From contig NC_058368.1 in assembly GCF_018350175.1 (NCBI RefSeq), positions 103,170,001 to 103,234,000 of the forward strand: a stretch of DNA of 64,000 nucleotides, read 5' to 3'. The notes under the pieces were generated by a model that had not been told where the DNA came from, made no database searches, and worked only from the letters and a program-made list of their open reading frames with translations. Positions 1 through 12,659 of the stretch are shown in pieces (position 1 is the first letter of the stretch; the number at the start of each line of letters is the position of its first letter). A program made the position numbers and the translations under genes. The stretch comes from Felis catus. Taxonomy: Eukaryota.

Positions 1-182
1 AGAAGACATTTTAAAACAAATTAGCACCCTCCCCGAAAGCCTAGTGGCCTAAATGTGTTTATTACTTTGTTTGCTGCTTGGAAAGTTCTTCCTACAGGCC
101 CCCAGTAAGACTGGGGGGTTCCTGCAGAATGAAGCACGCCCTTCGTCCGCAGAGGAATATACACATCTGACAAAGACTTAAA

Positions 183-214
183 TCTTCTTCTTCTTCTTCT
201 TCTTTTTTTTTTTT
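183..214. repeat. (TCT)n plus poly-T simple repeat
   Basis: Directly visible. Confidence 0.9.
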
Positions 215-1266
215 CCTCTTGACACAGCGGCTGGTGACACATAAATGTACTTTTTTCTTTTGACAGAGTAATAAAAATCTCATTATCTCTGAATAGGCAG
301 CAATTTCGTTATCTAATCTTTTTACCAAAAGGTTAGTTAATTAATCAGAAACAAATCCTGATTATTATTTCAATAGAATTAGAAAGACAAATCACCAGAG
401 TACAGCTAAATAGGGCAGGCCTGCGGTTTCACCTGCCTCATTGCCATGCAGGCCCCGTGATTGTCAGGGCTCCACCAGGCAGACGGCCTTCGGAACAGCA
501 GCCAGCAGATGGCTGTGCGAGCGGCCAGCCTGCCTCTGCTCTAATGCCTGTGATCCCATTACCTCACTGAATCCGTTACCAGGGTAACTGTTAAATTGCT
601 GTGAAAGGCATGGTAATAAAGTAACCTGTCACATTGGCAATAAAAGGAGCAGAATTTTCCTGTTCACTGAACTTTGCAGCTCATCAATACTCACTTGATG
701 GAGAAATTCACCACTACTCCAGGGTCAGCCGCAGGAATCTTTCCATAAGGCTTCTGAAATGCAAACTAAAGTTCATGTAAACACACGAAAGATATAATTA
801 AAAGCTGGATTCTTGGCTGCACAGAGCTCACGCTTCTCTTTTCCCTGGAAGGTTATGGAAGCCTGAAGAACATCAGATTCCTCTCTTTGTTGTTGTTTTT
901 TTAATTTAAAGCATGCTAGACAAAAATAACCTTTGCTGGTGAAAGACAGCTGTGATTAATTCAAGACTGGGAAAACAAAGCACAAGGAAAAAAAAAATCC
1001 CTTGTTCCTAAAATCTGTCTTTTTCAGATCCTATCTTATTGGCTGTTCTCATTAAAGGGTCACGGTACTTAAAAAATGATTTGGATTTGAGTGTATTAAT
1101 AGTAAGAATGGAAAGCCTCGCTTTTAACAAGCATGAGGAGTTGAAAACAACAATCTCCCCACCTCCTCCCCTGCCCAACAGTTAGGGTCCTTGAGCTGTA
1201 ACTGTGAAGAGATAAATGCAAGCTGAATGGATGCATATGACTGTGTCCCCCCCCCCACAGTCCCAG

Positions 1267-1306
<40 letters not shown>
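1267..1306. repeat. Poly-C homopolymer (40 nt)
   Basis: Directly visible. It is the source of the poly-Pro and poly-Gly ORFs. Confidence 0.95.
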
Positions 1307-1307
<1 letters not shown>

Positions 1308-2344
1308 CCCCAACTGCTTCTGCAAATGCCCTTCAAGGGTTTCTGTGTCAAGGATTCCAGCAGTGACACTATCAGGTGTAAGATTTGCTACAATTAAGTG
1401 AGGTTCTTTAAGGGAAGAAAAGAGAAAACAGCAAACACTCAGCATTAAAGGAGAAGAAATAAGTAGAAACCCCCATTTATTTCAATTACATTCTGCAGCC
1501 GGCCCTATGAACATACATGGAAAGTGGGATATATCTATCTAGCCCTCATTATTAGCCATTTGCAGACTTCACGCTTTTGGCTCCATTTGGTGCTGTCATT
1601 AATTAGGCAGTATTAACCTTAGAATGCGTTAGAGCTTGCCTATTGAAATAACTTTGGGCACGCTTTTTTTTCCCCCTCCCTCCCTCTGACTTGCAAGTGC
1701 TTACAGCTTGCTATTAAAAAGCTGACAGTATTTTTTTGACCAGCCGGCAGCAGACATGAACCGTTCTGGTGGTAGCTGCAACCCATGAAAAGAAATGCCT
1801 CCAAGCAGGAGTTGTCCTCATTACAGAGTGCTCAGCATGGGATTAGAGCCGAGCATCTCTGGCTGGCCATGTCAGGGGGGCCTTGGATTGGTATCTTGGA
1901 AATGATGATGCTTTTCAGAACGAGGGAGCCATGTGCTGCACATGGAAAAGTGGGTGAGATTCCAGCCGGACTCAGGCAAGTGAAGGCTATGGCTTCATGA
2001 TATCCTAATGGATGTAAAGAATGAAATGTGTTCTGTCCTGTTGAAAATAATTCTCAAACGTGGAGTCACAGCATACACGTATACACACACACATACACAC
2101 TCACACACATACATAACTTGTAAAATGTGTATTTTACTGCCGATGCTAAAGAGGAGAGAAAGTGGAATTGCACAGGTAACTACTTGTGAACAGCCTCAAG
2201 CCGACAAATGGTGAGCTATCATGTAGGTTTTCCATGGGTGTCAGGACAGGAAAGGGCATATTTACTCCAAGGATTATCTAAGTTTGGGAGAATAAGAATA
2301 TAAATAATTACCAACTCTGAATGAACGAGGCCTGTAGATCAGAT

Positions 2345-2555
2345 TCCATAAATACCAATGGGGCCAGTGCACTGGAAGTCAGAAAATGAAAAATGGCGCC
2401 CTGTGGTCAACCGGATAATCTAGTCCCTCTCTGAAGATAATAGTATTTATTGCTCAACTGCCTTCCATTGTTTCTATGTAGCTGAGGGGCGTTCACTGTT
2501 GTCAAATATTTTGACTTTCAAGAAAATCCCCAGTCAGAAGTTTTATTAGAAAATT
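2345..2555 (+). mobile_element. Old hAT DNA transposon fragment (MER102-like)
   Basis: Resembles the MER102 segment gttgccagatcttctgatttttcaagagaagcc...ttttatgtgaaatct; highly diverged. Confidence 0.45.
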
Positions 2556-2562
2556 CTTATTT

Positions 2563-2780
2563 TGGGGGAGCCCGAGTGGCTCAGTGGATAAGCGGCCGAC
2601 TCTTGATTTTGTCTCAGGTCATCATCTAATGGTTCCTGAGTTTGAGCCCCATGTCGGGTTCTGTGCTCACAGCCTCCGACCCTCTGTCTCCTCGGATCTC
2701 TGCCCCTTCCCCCGTGCATGCTCTCTCTCTCTCTCTCTCAAAACTAATTAAACTTAAAAAAAAAAAAAGACAAAAAAAAA
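2563..2780 (+). mobile_element. Can-SINE (older carnivore subfamily)
   Basis: tRNA-like head gggg..gtggctcagtgg, (CT)n tract, A-rich tail, imperfect TSD agaaaattc(t/g)ta. Confidence 0.92.
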
Positions 2781-2796
2781 GAAAATTCGTACAGTT

Positions 2797-3151
2797 GCAC
2801 AAAGTACCACAGACGTTGCTGTTTTAAACAACAGAAATCTATTTTTTCACAGTTCTGAAGGCTACAAGTTCTAGCTCAAGGTGTCAGCAGAGTTGATTTC
2901 TTTTGAGGCCTCTCTCCTTGTTTTGCAAATGCCCACCTTCTGTGTTTTCTTCACATAGTTGTTCTGTGTCTGTGTACTAATGTCCTCTTCTTAAAGGATG
3001 CCAGTCACATCGGATTAAGGCCCTGATGACTGCATTTTAACTTAATTATCTCTTTAAGGACCCCATCTCCAAATATAGTCACATTTTGAGGTTCTGAGGG
3101 CTAGGACTTCTACATACGATTTTTGTGGAGGACACAATTCAGTCCAAAACA
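2797..3151 (-). mobile_element. MLT1A/B-like ERVL-MaLR solo LTR
   Basis: acaaagtaccacaga...aaacaacagaaat...cacagttctg...aaggtgtcagcag...ccaaatatagtcacatt...ggacacaattcagtcca hallmark motifs. Confidence 0.85.
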
Positions 3152-3199
3152 CCAACGTAGGTTCAAACACAACTTGACTGCAAGATGAATCCTGGAAGC

Positions 3200-3410
3200 C
3201 ATAATAATTATACAACGCTTACAATGTCAAAGGCACACCTGTGGGCCATTCACACTTAGGAACTTACTGGATTCTTACAGCATCCCTAGGAGGTAGGTAA
3301 TACTGTGATCTCTTTTTCACAGAGGAGACAGGAAGGGAGAGAGATTAACTCACTGATGCAGGATCTGGTGGAACTAGGATTGAAATCCAAGCAGCCTCTG
3401 ATGCTTCTAG
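3200..3410 (-). mobile_element. MIR
   Basis: Reverse MIR core: gaggtaggta...ttttcacagaggaga...ggattgaaatccaagcag. Confidence 0.7.
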
Positions 3411-4502
3411 GTTGTAGTTTCTGCTTAGAGATGTCAGAGCTTTCATGGTGAGAAAATACCCTACCTGGACCCTGGACCTGTAGAGCAGAAACACTGAACT
3501 GATGAGAGTCAGAATCCTATTACCCCTAAACATGGCAATCATCCTCATAAGATCAGCCTTACAGAAATGTCCCACAGAGGCACACCTGTTCTCAGACCAA
3601 TGGGTTTTGTTAGGCTTTTCTGCTGAACTCGCTGGAGTTGAAGTAACAAAGCCGTCTTTATCATCTAGAGAAGGTCCAGGGACGGAAGGAAAGCAAAGTT
3701 TGATTAACTTCACGCTCCACTGAAAAATATATCAGCGTGAGTCTCTGGGTATCTGAGATAATCACCGAGGCAAAGTTGGAAACTTTCTGGAAACACTGTA
3801 ATTTGTATTTGTTTGGGCCATTGTTGCTGCTTACCCCTTCCGCCACCATTAGCGGGAGAACCTGACCTGCAAAAAGAAAAGTCTCAGTCTGTTTGTTTTC
3901 CAGACCTCTAAAGAAAGGATAATGTGGAGATCACATCCTATTTGGAAGCTACTCTTAGGACACCAAGACCGTAAGATTCGGTGGTAGCCCGAAGGAGTAA
4001 AAACGCCCAAAGAGCTATATGTAAAAATCAGAATTCTGTAAGGAAGAAGCTGGGATTTTTCTATGGTAGCTGTGGCTCAACCGGGTGAAGAAACCTTTGG
4101 GCATCTTCCTACGTATTCTCTGTGTGTGGGTGTGTGTGATAGCTTTGTGGAAGGGTGAAGCAATAGAGCAAAATATAGTTAGTTTGTTTTTTTTTTTTTC
4201 CCTCACATTTTTTCTTCCTGTTCCAATGAAATGAAGCAGTTTCTCCACAGGGCCCATTATGCCTAGTTAATTGATTTTCCTAATCAGGCCTTTTGGAAAA
4301 ACTATTGAGCTCTGTGAACTTTTGGATGTTTTTCTCACTGCAGACTTGAGAGGCACACACCCACTGATCTTTGTATTTTTCGGCGATGTTCTTTGAACAC
4401 AGATTAAAGCAATTTTTTTTTCCTGCCTTCTATTTACATATCACTTTCTTCCCTGAGTAATTTTTCTTCCCTTCTCATGTACTTGCATTAAGACCTAGCA
4501 GA

Positions 4503-4730
4503 GGGGGCACCTGGATGGCTCAGTCGGTTAAGCGTCCGACTTTGGCTCAGGTCATGATCTTGAGGTTTGTGACTTTGAGCCCCACGTTGGGCTCTGTGCT
4601 GACAGCTCAGAGCCCGCATCCTGCTTCGGATTCTGTGTCTCCCTCTCTCTCCATGCCCCTCCCCTGCTCGTGCTCGTCTCTGTCTCTCTCTCTCTCTCTC
4701 AAAAATAAATAATAAACATTAAAAAAAAAA
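4503..4730 (+). mobile_element. Can-SINE (felid)
   Basis: Full head, (CT)n and poly-A; TSD aagaccta(g/a)cag. Confidence 0.96.
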
Positions 4731-7382
4731 AAGACCTAACAGGAACTGCAATTCTGGGTAAAGCCTCTGAAACTTAACAGTGAGGCTCTCATGTCTGAAA
4801 CTGTTATCACAGGTCCAAAAGGGAACACCCTAACAGTAATGCCTGTCAACCTAGAGCAAGCTCTCTTCTCTGAGAAAAGACATTTCATTTGCCAAGCAGT
4901 TATTTGATCATCCAAATCTACATTTTCTTTAACTTGACTGCAATCATGTCAGAGACCGAAGAGGACGAAGATTACAGAAGACAATTTTGATTTGGCATAT
5001 TAACCCAAGGTATAGGTTAATAGGTTAATGTGTTTTCTAAATGCATTTCTTCCCCTCAAATCCTCTTTGAAACAAGGTGCACTAAAACAAAAACAAAAAC
5101 CCTTATATACTAGCACTTAATATATATTGGAATGTGCATGGGTGTTCTCCTAGTCTATTATTTTTCCTTACCTCAATATGGTCACAAGGTAGTAAATTAA
5201 CTCTAGGGCTTTGGAACAGTGATGATGCTAAAACATCTTAGCTGCCAGCTTACATGTTTTCAAAATGGAATAGTTACCCATGCAACTGAATGGCTGAAAA
5301 GCATATTCATGTATGCATACATGTGTAGTGAAAAGACTGGAAACGTATTATTATATCATTATTTGGTTATTTCAGGATTATAAATAATTTTTCTTTTAAT
5401 CTACATTTATTTCTTATTTTCAAGCAATAGATACAGGTGTGAATGTAGATGACATCCACATCTGTATTTCCAGCCTCAAAATCTTTAAGCTTTCAGTTGT
5501 TTCCATCCCTCATCTAGCTATCCTAACCTGGAAAACTCTAAAGATTCCATGCTGAACTCATTATAGTGTCCAAAGATTCCTGTTTCCCCTATTTCTACTC
5601 ATATAACCATATTCCTTTCAGCAGCCCAAATCTAAAGGATGGCAAATCTGGTCTCTTGCTTCTCCCAGGAGATCAGTCAAGTCTAATGGGTAGTGTCACC
5701 TCAGGATCTATATGTTACAGTCTTCCTTGTATTATCTGCAGGACTAATACCCCATTCTGTGTAATTTCTTATCCAAACTTCCACATGAGCCATCAATTAG
5801 CCAACTGGCTATATATTTTTAAAACATATTTTCCCTCTCAAGTTATGATATCTGTAAAAGGTTTTATAAATAGTTCTGTCATAACCTCAATAGGGGTGAT
5901 TAAACATTATATAAAGTATTTTTCTTAGCTGTGCTAAATAATGATGAATAGTGCCCTCAATCTGTAATTTTTTTTTGAGAATTGTAGGCATTTTGAGCAG
6001 TAATCTTTATCTAGGATAATTAATTCTTTGTAAAATTTAATTCCATTTAGTGCTAGTTGGCTGTATCTGGTATTCTAAGATTTTTTTTTTTTTTTTTTTT
6101 TTTTGGATTTCACATTCTTCACTAGAACTTTCTATTAAGATATTTGAGCAAAAGATTAAAGGAAGTTCATACATACAGTCAAACTTAGTAACCATAGTAA
6201 TTGAAATTACTTTAATTTTTCAGTGGGTTTGATACAGGAAGATAAATTTACTGAGAATCAACCATGGGCATAAAATGGATTATGACATGGCCAATACGGT
6301 CCACATGAATTCTTAGGGATATGTTGGTAGAAAAGCATCTGATAAGTCTAAGTTTTATTTATGAAAACCTAAATGAGTCAAATCTTAGATAGCCTTTTTT
6401 TTTAACCTTTAAGCATTTAATAACAAGAGATTTTTAAAAAAAATATTTTATATTTGCCACACTCATAATCTTTCTAAAAGAAAAATTTTTAATCATTGAA
6501 TTATTCAGAGATTGAGTGGTTATATAACAATCAAGTAACAGATATTCTGGTGACTTCCTGTGTCTCTAGGGGCTATTAGGCAGGCAAGATGAAATACATC
6601 CTCCCTGTGGGATGTGCTTCCAACTTTCCCAAGGAAAATATCAAAGGAACATGTATCTATTTTCCTGCCTAAGAATCTGCTGACATCATCTGAATACAAT
6701 GAAACCACAAAAGGCAGATCTTCTTCCACACTGATTAAAACTTAGCTAAAAGGAGACTCTGTAATTATTGAATTCCATCCTACCTTAAATTTCCCACACT
6801 TTTCAAATTTAAACATAAATATTATTTACAAAACCATGGCACCGTTCGGATTCAACTTCTTTCCCCTCCTCTCTCTCTCAAACATCCAAACAAAAATCTT
6901 TAGATTCTTCAAAATTCAAGCTGGTAATGATTATTGGGTTAAAATCACATTTAGGACATTTTTTTCATTAAGAAATGCTTCCTATTTCTATTTGACAATC
7001 CAGAAATCCAGAACGGGTGAATAAAACAAGTTGGAGGGGGAAAAAAAAGCGCAACTCCACAAAACATGCTTGAGGCTTTTGAGAAAATTGCCTTGGTGTC
7101 CTTATTTATTAAGAATGTTTTCTTGAAAGAAAAAGGTAGGAAGCCTTAAATGATAATTTGCTCTTCAGGCTATCAGTGAATTCTGCCCAGACTATCTTCC
7201 ATTAACTTACATTTTAAGTTTCACCTCTCAGGGATGCTGATAACAAAGCTTTTTATTTTCAGAAATAATGTTCTCTCACAGCAACCTAACTTTAAAATTT
7301 ATGGAGATCCTGGCTGTGTTCAAACAGTTATTTTTCTGTTAACGTCGCAAGTTATTGCTTGGCAGCTATGTTTTTTACTGAT

Positions 7383-7616
7383 TTTTTTTAAAGTTCATTT
7401 ATTTATTTTTGGGAGAGGGAAAGAGAGGGAGCGTGAGAGAGCTCGTGTGGCGCACAAGTTGGGGAGGGGCAGAGAGAAGGAGAAACAGAATCCCAAGTTG
7501 GCTCCACACCATCCGCACAGAGCCTCATGCGCAGCCTGAACTCACGAACTGTGAGATCATGGCCTGAGCCGAGGTGAAGAGGTGGGACGCTTAACCAACT
7601 GCGCCATGCAGGCACC
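7383..7616 (-). mobile_element. Can-SINE (older)
   Basis: T-rich tail, (GA)n, gagatcatggcctgagccga...cttaaccaactgcgcca..caggcacc. Confidence 0.93.
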
Positions 7617-9472
7617 TACTTTTGTCTTATTTACATGTAATAGAAGAAGTAGAAGTCCATGGACATGTAGGCATAGAGGGATCTCAACATTTTAAAGGCA
7701 TCTCACATATCCCTCATATCTAAGGGCAACTGGTGTGGATTCTATATGCTAGTCAAGCTGTTGAAACTTTATTTTTCTACTTTTGCGTCTTATTCAAAAA
7801 GGTGCTGAAAATAATCAGGAGCAAGATCTTAGAAGGAACAAAAACGGATAAGGCTTCTAATGGTTTCAAACATAAGTGGTACCAATTTTGTGTGTGGAAA
7901 CAGAAAATTTATATCTTTAAATCCTGTATATGGAAAAGTATCCATATTCTACATTCACTCTACGGTGTTAATTTATATTTGTATTTTGTGTTTTAGAAAG
8001 TCAAGTACGTACAGTGCCTCGGGCATGCAAGCATTTTGATTATTAGTGATTCTAAGGGTTGTTCAGCATATTCAACACGGAGCAGGAAGAAAAAAAAATC
8101 TCAGGTTTTTATTGGCTCTGCTGTTTTACATTCGTTTTTGAATATGAATTCAAGCTCCCTAAAGAAATGAGATGTGTCAAGTAGGACTTTAAACACAGCC
8201 TCTTAAAAACATAGGGAATGATTATTTCAGCAAGTTTTAGTTTTTAGCAGCAACATATGCAGTGGCAGCTGGGTACTGGAGCTTGGAGACCAGGGATCCT
8301 TTGGAACCCAAGAAGGAAACTGTGACTTGCATGCAAAGTGCAAAAGAATCGCTTTTCCCTCGTTCTGAATTATGCTGAGACTTCAGGGGGATAAAAAAGA
8401 CAAAGAAACATATTGCAATTTCAGTCTGATGATCTTCTACCGAAAGCTAAGCAAATTAAGATGAAATTAATTCTATGGAAAATATCCCCCACCCCCACTC
8501 CTGCAAGTCATAGTGAAAAATCTTTCTTTCCTGCAGTAGGCAGTATAGTGTCTAGCGACATTTCTTTGCTCGTTAAATAGTCTCACTTTTATGGTGTCTT
8601 CTCAACATTTTCAAAAAAAAAAAAAAAATTCAAGGCTGTGGTGAAAGATCAAGGAGAAAATTTATTCTTCAGGTGTTGACTCTGTTCCGAAGTCACTCAA
8701 GCATTGCTCCACAGCTCTGTGGCAGCCTCAGAACATTTTATTCAATTACAGGCTTCAGCCATGGGGGATCATGTTTTAATCTGTGTATAAACAAAGGGAT
8801 AAAATAAAAACAGCACATTTACAAATTCTAAAGATGCTGCTTTTATAACCTGGTACCAGGAATTACTGCGATCACAGTACTCGCTTCCCATAGTGAGAAG
8901 GAATAGGGCACATCTGCACGTGAAGCCAGGCGTCCCCATCACACGTGACACACAATTAATGCGAAAATCACTATCCTCTAGGAGCAAAAGGGAGAAATCT
9001 GTGAATAACATACAGTCACGTACTTAATGTTAACTTTCATGGATTAAAAGATGCGCCTTTGCATATTACTGCCTTTCCAAAGAACCCGATTCATCCTGTT
9101 GCCTGGAAAAAGAATCAGAAAAGCTGTGTTCCACTTCTTAGTCTAGTCCCATTTTAGGTAGGCTTCTGGAATCTAAATGAGAAGCCATAATTCTGCACGT
9201 TTTTTTTTTTTTCAAAAATGAAAATTGCTTTGGGGAAGAGAGGTTGCCACAGTCAGTGTGCTAGTATCTAGATGCAAACTAGAGCCCATAAAATCCCCTC
9301 ACAATCTAATGACTTGTGGTAACCCACCTGCCAGCTACCTGAGCCATTTAGCACACCTCAATAAAAACTGTATTACTTTAACATCAAACGTGATTAAGGC
9401 TTTATGCTGGCATTTAATTAAAGCTCTCTGCATTTTGTTGCCATTGCCTCTCCTGGAGCATCAGCTTTGCAT

Positions 9473-9483
9473 GTTTTGTTTTG

Positions 9484-9514
<31 letters not shown>

Positions 9515-9515
9515 T
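9473..9515. repeat. (GTTTT)n microsatellite
   Basis: Directly visible. Confidence 0.9.
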
Positions 9516-9550
9516 AAAAAACAACATGCTAACTTAAAACATCCAGGAAA

Positions 9551-9767
9551 GGGGCGCCTGGGTGGCGCAGTCGGTTAAGCGTCCGACTTCAACCAGGTCA
9601 CTATCTCGCGGTCCGTGAGTTCGAGCCCCACGTCGGGCTCTGGGCTGATGATGGCTCAGAGCCTGGAGCCTGTTTCCGATTCTGTGTCTCCCTCTCTCTC
9701 TGCCCCTCCCCCGTTCATGCTCTGTCTCTCTCTGTCCCAAAAATAAATAAACGTTGAAAAGAAAAAA
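9551..9767 (+). mobile_element. Young SINEC_Fc
   Basis: Near-consensus ggggcgcctgggtggcgcagtcggttaagcgtccgac...; perfect 16-bp TSD taaaacatccaggaaa (9535-9550 and 9768-9783). Confidence 0.98.
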
Positions 9768-12194
9768 TAAAACATCCAGGAAAAAGATACTAGAAATGGT
9801 ATAGCATAGCCTATCAATGATAGTTTGTAAGTGTGTAAGGTAAAGAAAAATCTTCTACTGGTTTCTATATCCCTGCAATAAACCAAATGAAGGAGAATTC
9901 TTCCTTCCGAAGACTATCAGTCTGCAGTGCTGGCATACGTGTGTTTGACCACAGAAGATTGAAGAGTCTAGTTTTTACATGACCTTTTTTTTCCCCCTCC
10001 ACCAGGAGTGCTTTATTAATTTAAATTCTCATGAGAAAAAAAAAAGTCCATATTACAAGATGGATGCATGATTGGATGACCTTCCTCCCACTATTCCCCT
10101 GGACAGGTCAAAAGCTGTAGTAATTCCTGTTATTGTGAAATAATCAATCAACCAGTTCCTTTAGAGTAGGACCACTGTCACTGTGAACTCATATCTCTAA
10201 CAAAGCAGGGAGAATGCCTTCATGTTGGACAGACACCTCATCAATGCTTAAATCGGCAGTTGGCTTATTGGAAGACATTAGCCACGCTGGAGACAATCTT
10301 CCTACCTTTAATAGCCATCCTTTTCGACTAGAACATAGGTGTGCTGGGTTTAGGTCTCACCTACGGTCAGTCAGACCAGTTAGTTGGGCAATATTTGCTA
10401 AAGTGTAACAGGCCAGAGAATGAGACCAATGCGTGTCAACAATCCACATGTGAAATGATCTCAACCGTTACTGAGGCTTGCATCTGGTTCCTTCCCAACC
10501 GTAGGGAAATGGACCGCCTAGGGAGATTATCCAGAGATACATTTTGATATTTCATGGCCAAGAACTAAGGGGATGCCCTTCAAACAGCTGTGCTTAAGAC
10601 AGGAGACAATTCAATTCTGTTCACAGTACACAAATGCTAAACATTTCATCTCAGTATCTATTTCTCTTATATATGTATGAGATACTGCTAATATCTATAG
10701 TTGATACATAACATGAATGACATAAATTAGTATAGGCATAAATGAATACTAATGTCTGTGCTGGATAGAGAAAATGAATGATTTGATTTGCGTTATTGAT
10801 TGGTTTACAAATTATGTTTACTGTCATATAGAAATTGTGACTGCCTTGAACACGGCTAGTTAATTTGCTACATTAATCTGATAGCAACAGAGCTTAATTT
10901 CTCTGAGCCCTATCTAAAGTAAATATGCCTGGATTCTCCACCACTGGGGTAGTCCTGAGATGTTCCCGCTTTGGCAAAACTATTAATATCTACTGGCCTA
11001 AAACATAATCATCGCAATAACGCCCAACCCAGATATTTAATTAGTATTTCCAGGTAGAGGAGGGTGTATGACTTGAGCCTTCCAGCATGGCTTCAAAATC
11101 TCAGTAATGACTGGTTAAAGAAAACTTGTAATTCAAAAGCACCTATTCAACATCTTGCTATAAATAAATTTTCCGTATCTGTCTTATCAGCAGATGGAGT
11201 TAGGGCAGAGGCATGTTGCTGTGGAAGTATGGTAAGGAGCTGACTCAAGTATATAAAAGACCGCTTTTACGAGAAGTTGGATACGGCCTATGAAAATCTT
11301 TACTTATAAGTAATCTGAAACTTCTGCCCTCCGCATTGAAAACCTGTCGTACACGCACCACAAAAGATATATGGTCATCAAAAACCCAAACCCATGAACT
11401 TTGCTCAGTAAGTACAGAAAATGCAATCCAACTTCTTTGGGTTGACGTATGGATAAAAATCGGAAAGCAAACCTTCCGTGAACTTGTAATTAGTTTACCA
11501 TGCAAAGTGTTGACGAAAGCTTTAGTTCAACACCCTGGATTTCCCCCATGCTTGGCTGAATGGGAACAGTTCCTAGTGGCAATCATGCTGGGTCATGAAA
11601 CTAATTGTGCTTTGTGAGGGTGAAAATTCTCTGTTTCCGAGCAGGGGACACTGCCGCATGACGGATGAATGTTAGAAATGTGCTATGCTGTGCTCTTTCA
11701 TCTCTGTCACTGGATATTTATTCTGACTCGGCTTCTAAATTATTCATTTTCTTTAAGCAATCAATATTAATAATCTGATTTGCTCCCTGGCATTTTTAGT
11801 CACACTACTGTTTAACTGACTGTAAATAAAGGTCACTTGGAGGCTTCCTGCTGCTGTTCGGAAGGTCCTTGCCTAATTAATTCCCAACACTTTTTTCCCT
11901 ATGACTGTGATTAGCAGTTGCAATCAAGTTCGGCAATTAGCTGCCTCCTTGCGCCATGATTTGCTCAGTGCAGCCCCCAAGACGAGGCTCCATTTGGTCA
12001 TTCAGTCATTACTCTCAAAAGAAACCTGAGTAGGGAGGATTTATTTTTCACTTCAAGGTTTACAAATTTGCAGATAATTATAGAGGAGATTATCAAGCCC
12101 ATCTGCCAGCTGCTTTAGTAATCTCCTTGTTTAGGGTCCTTAAATCCTGAGCACCTTGGGAGCAACATAGCCCGCTGATACTCTGCAACCGGAA

Positions 12195-12385
12195 AGTGTG
12201 GGGTTTCAACCTAGGATCCGCCACTTAGGACTTAGATCTTGAGCAAGTTATTTACTATGTCTGCCAGTGAACTGTCGTATTTCCTCAGGGTTTGTAGTGA
12301 AGACTGAAGAACACTAAATTCTAATGAATGGATTCTACGGATATCTATTAGGAAATGGAAGAGTTCTAGGCAGACAGTCGTGAAT
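12195..12385 (+). mobile_element. MIR fragment
   Basis: gccacttagga...cttgagcaagttattta...ctcagggtttgtagtgaagactgaa. Confidence 0.6.
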
Positions 12386-12659
12386 AAAATGAGTATGTGG
12401 TGGGCAGACAGAATGAGTATATAAACAAACAAGCAAACCCATAAATGTTCATAAGGAAAAGGACGGGATACCATGAGAGAGAGGCTTTCCCTTTAGATTG
12501 GGTGGTCCAGGAAAGCCTTCCTGAGAAGGACATGAGATTTCATGTGTTCCAAGAGCAGAAAGTGAGTCTGAATGTCCATAGTACAGCTTGCTAGGTGGAA
12601 GGCATGGTAGGAGGTGAAGTTGAGGTGGTACCTTTGGCCAGTTAGCTCATTTGGCGAAC

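Noticed and set aside
1124..1445. Poly-Gly and poly-Pro ORFs
   Set aside because: They are simply translations of the poly-C tract.
4515..4712. Recurrent MAQSVKRPT... and RQRETEHE... ORFs throughout the window
   Set aside because: Read-through of Can-SINEs, not genes.
9551..9630. tRNA-like A/B boxes in SINE heads
   Set aside because: They are tRNA-derived SINE promoters followed by (CT)n and poly-A, not tRNA genes.
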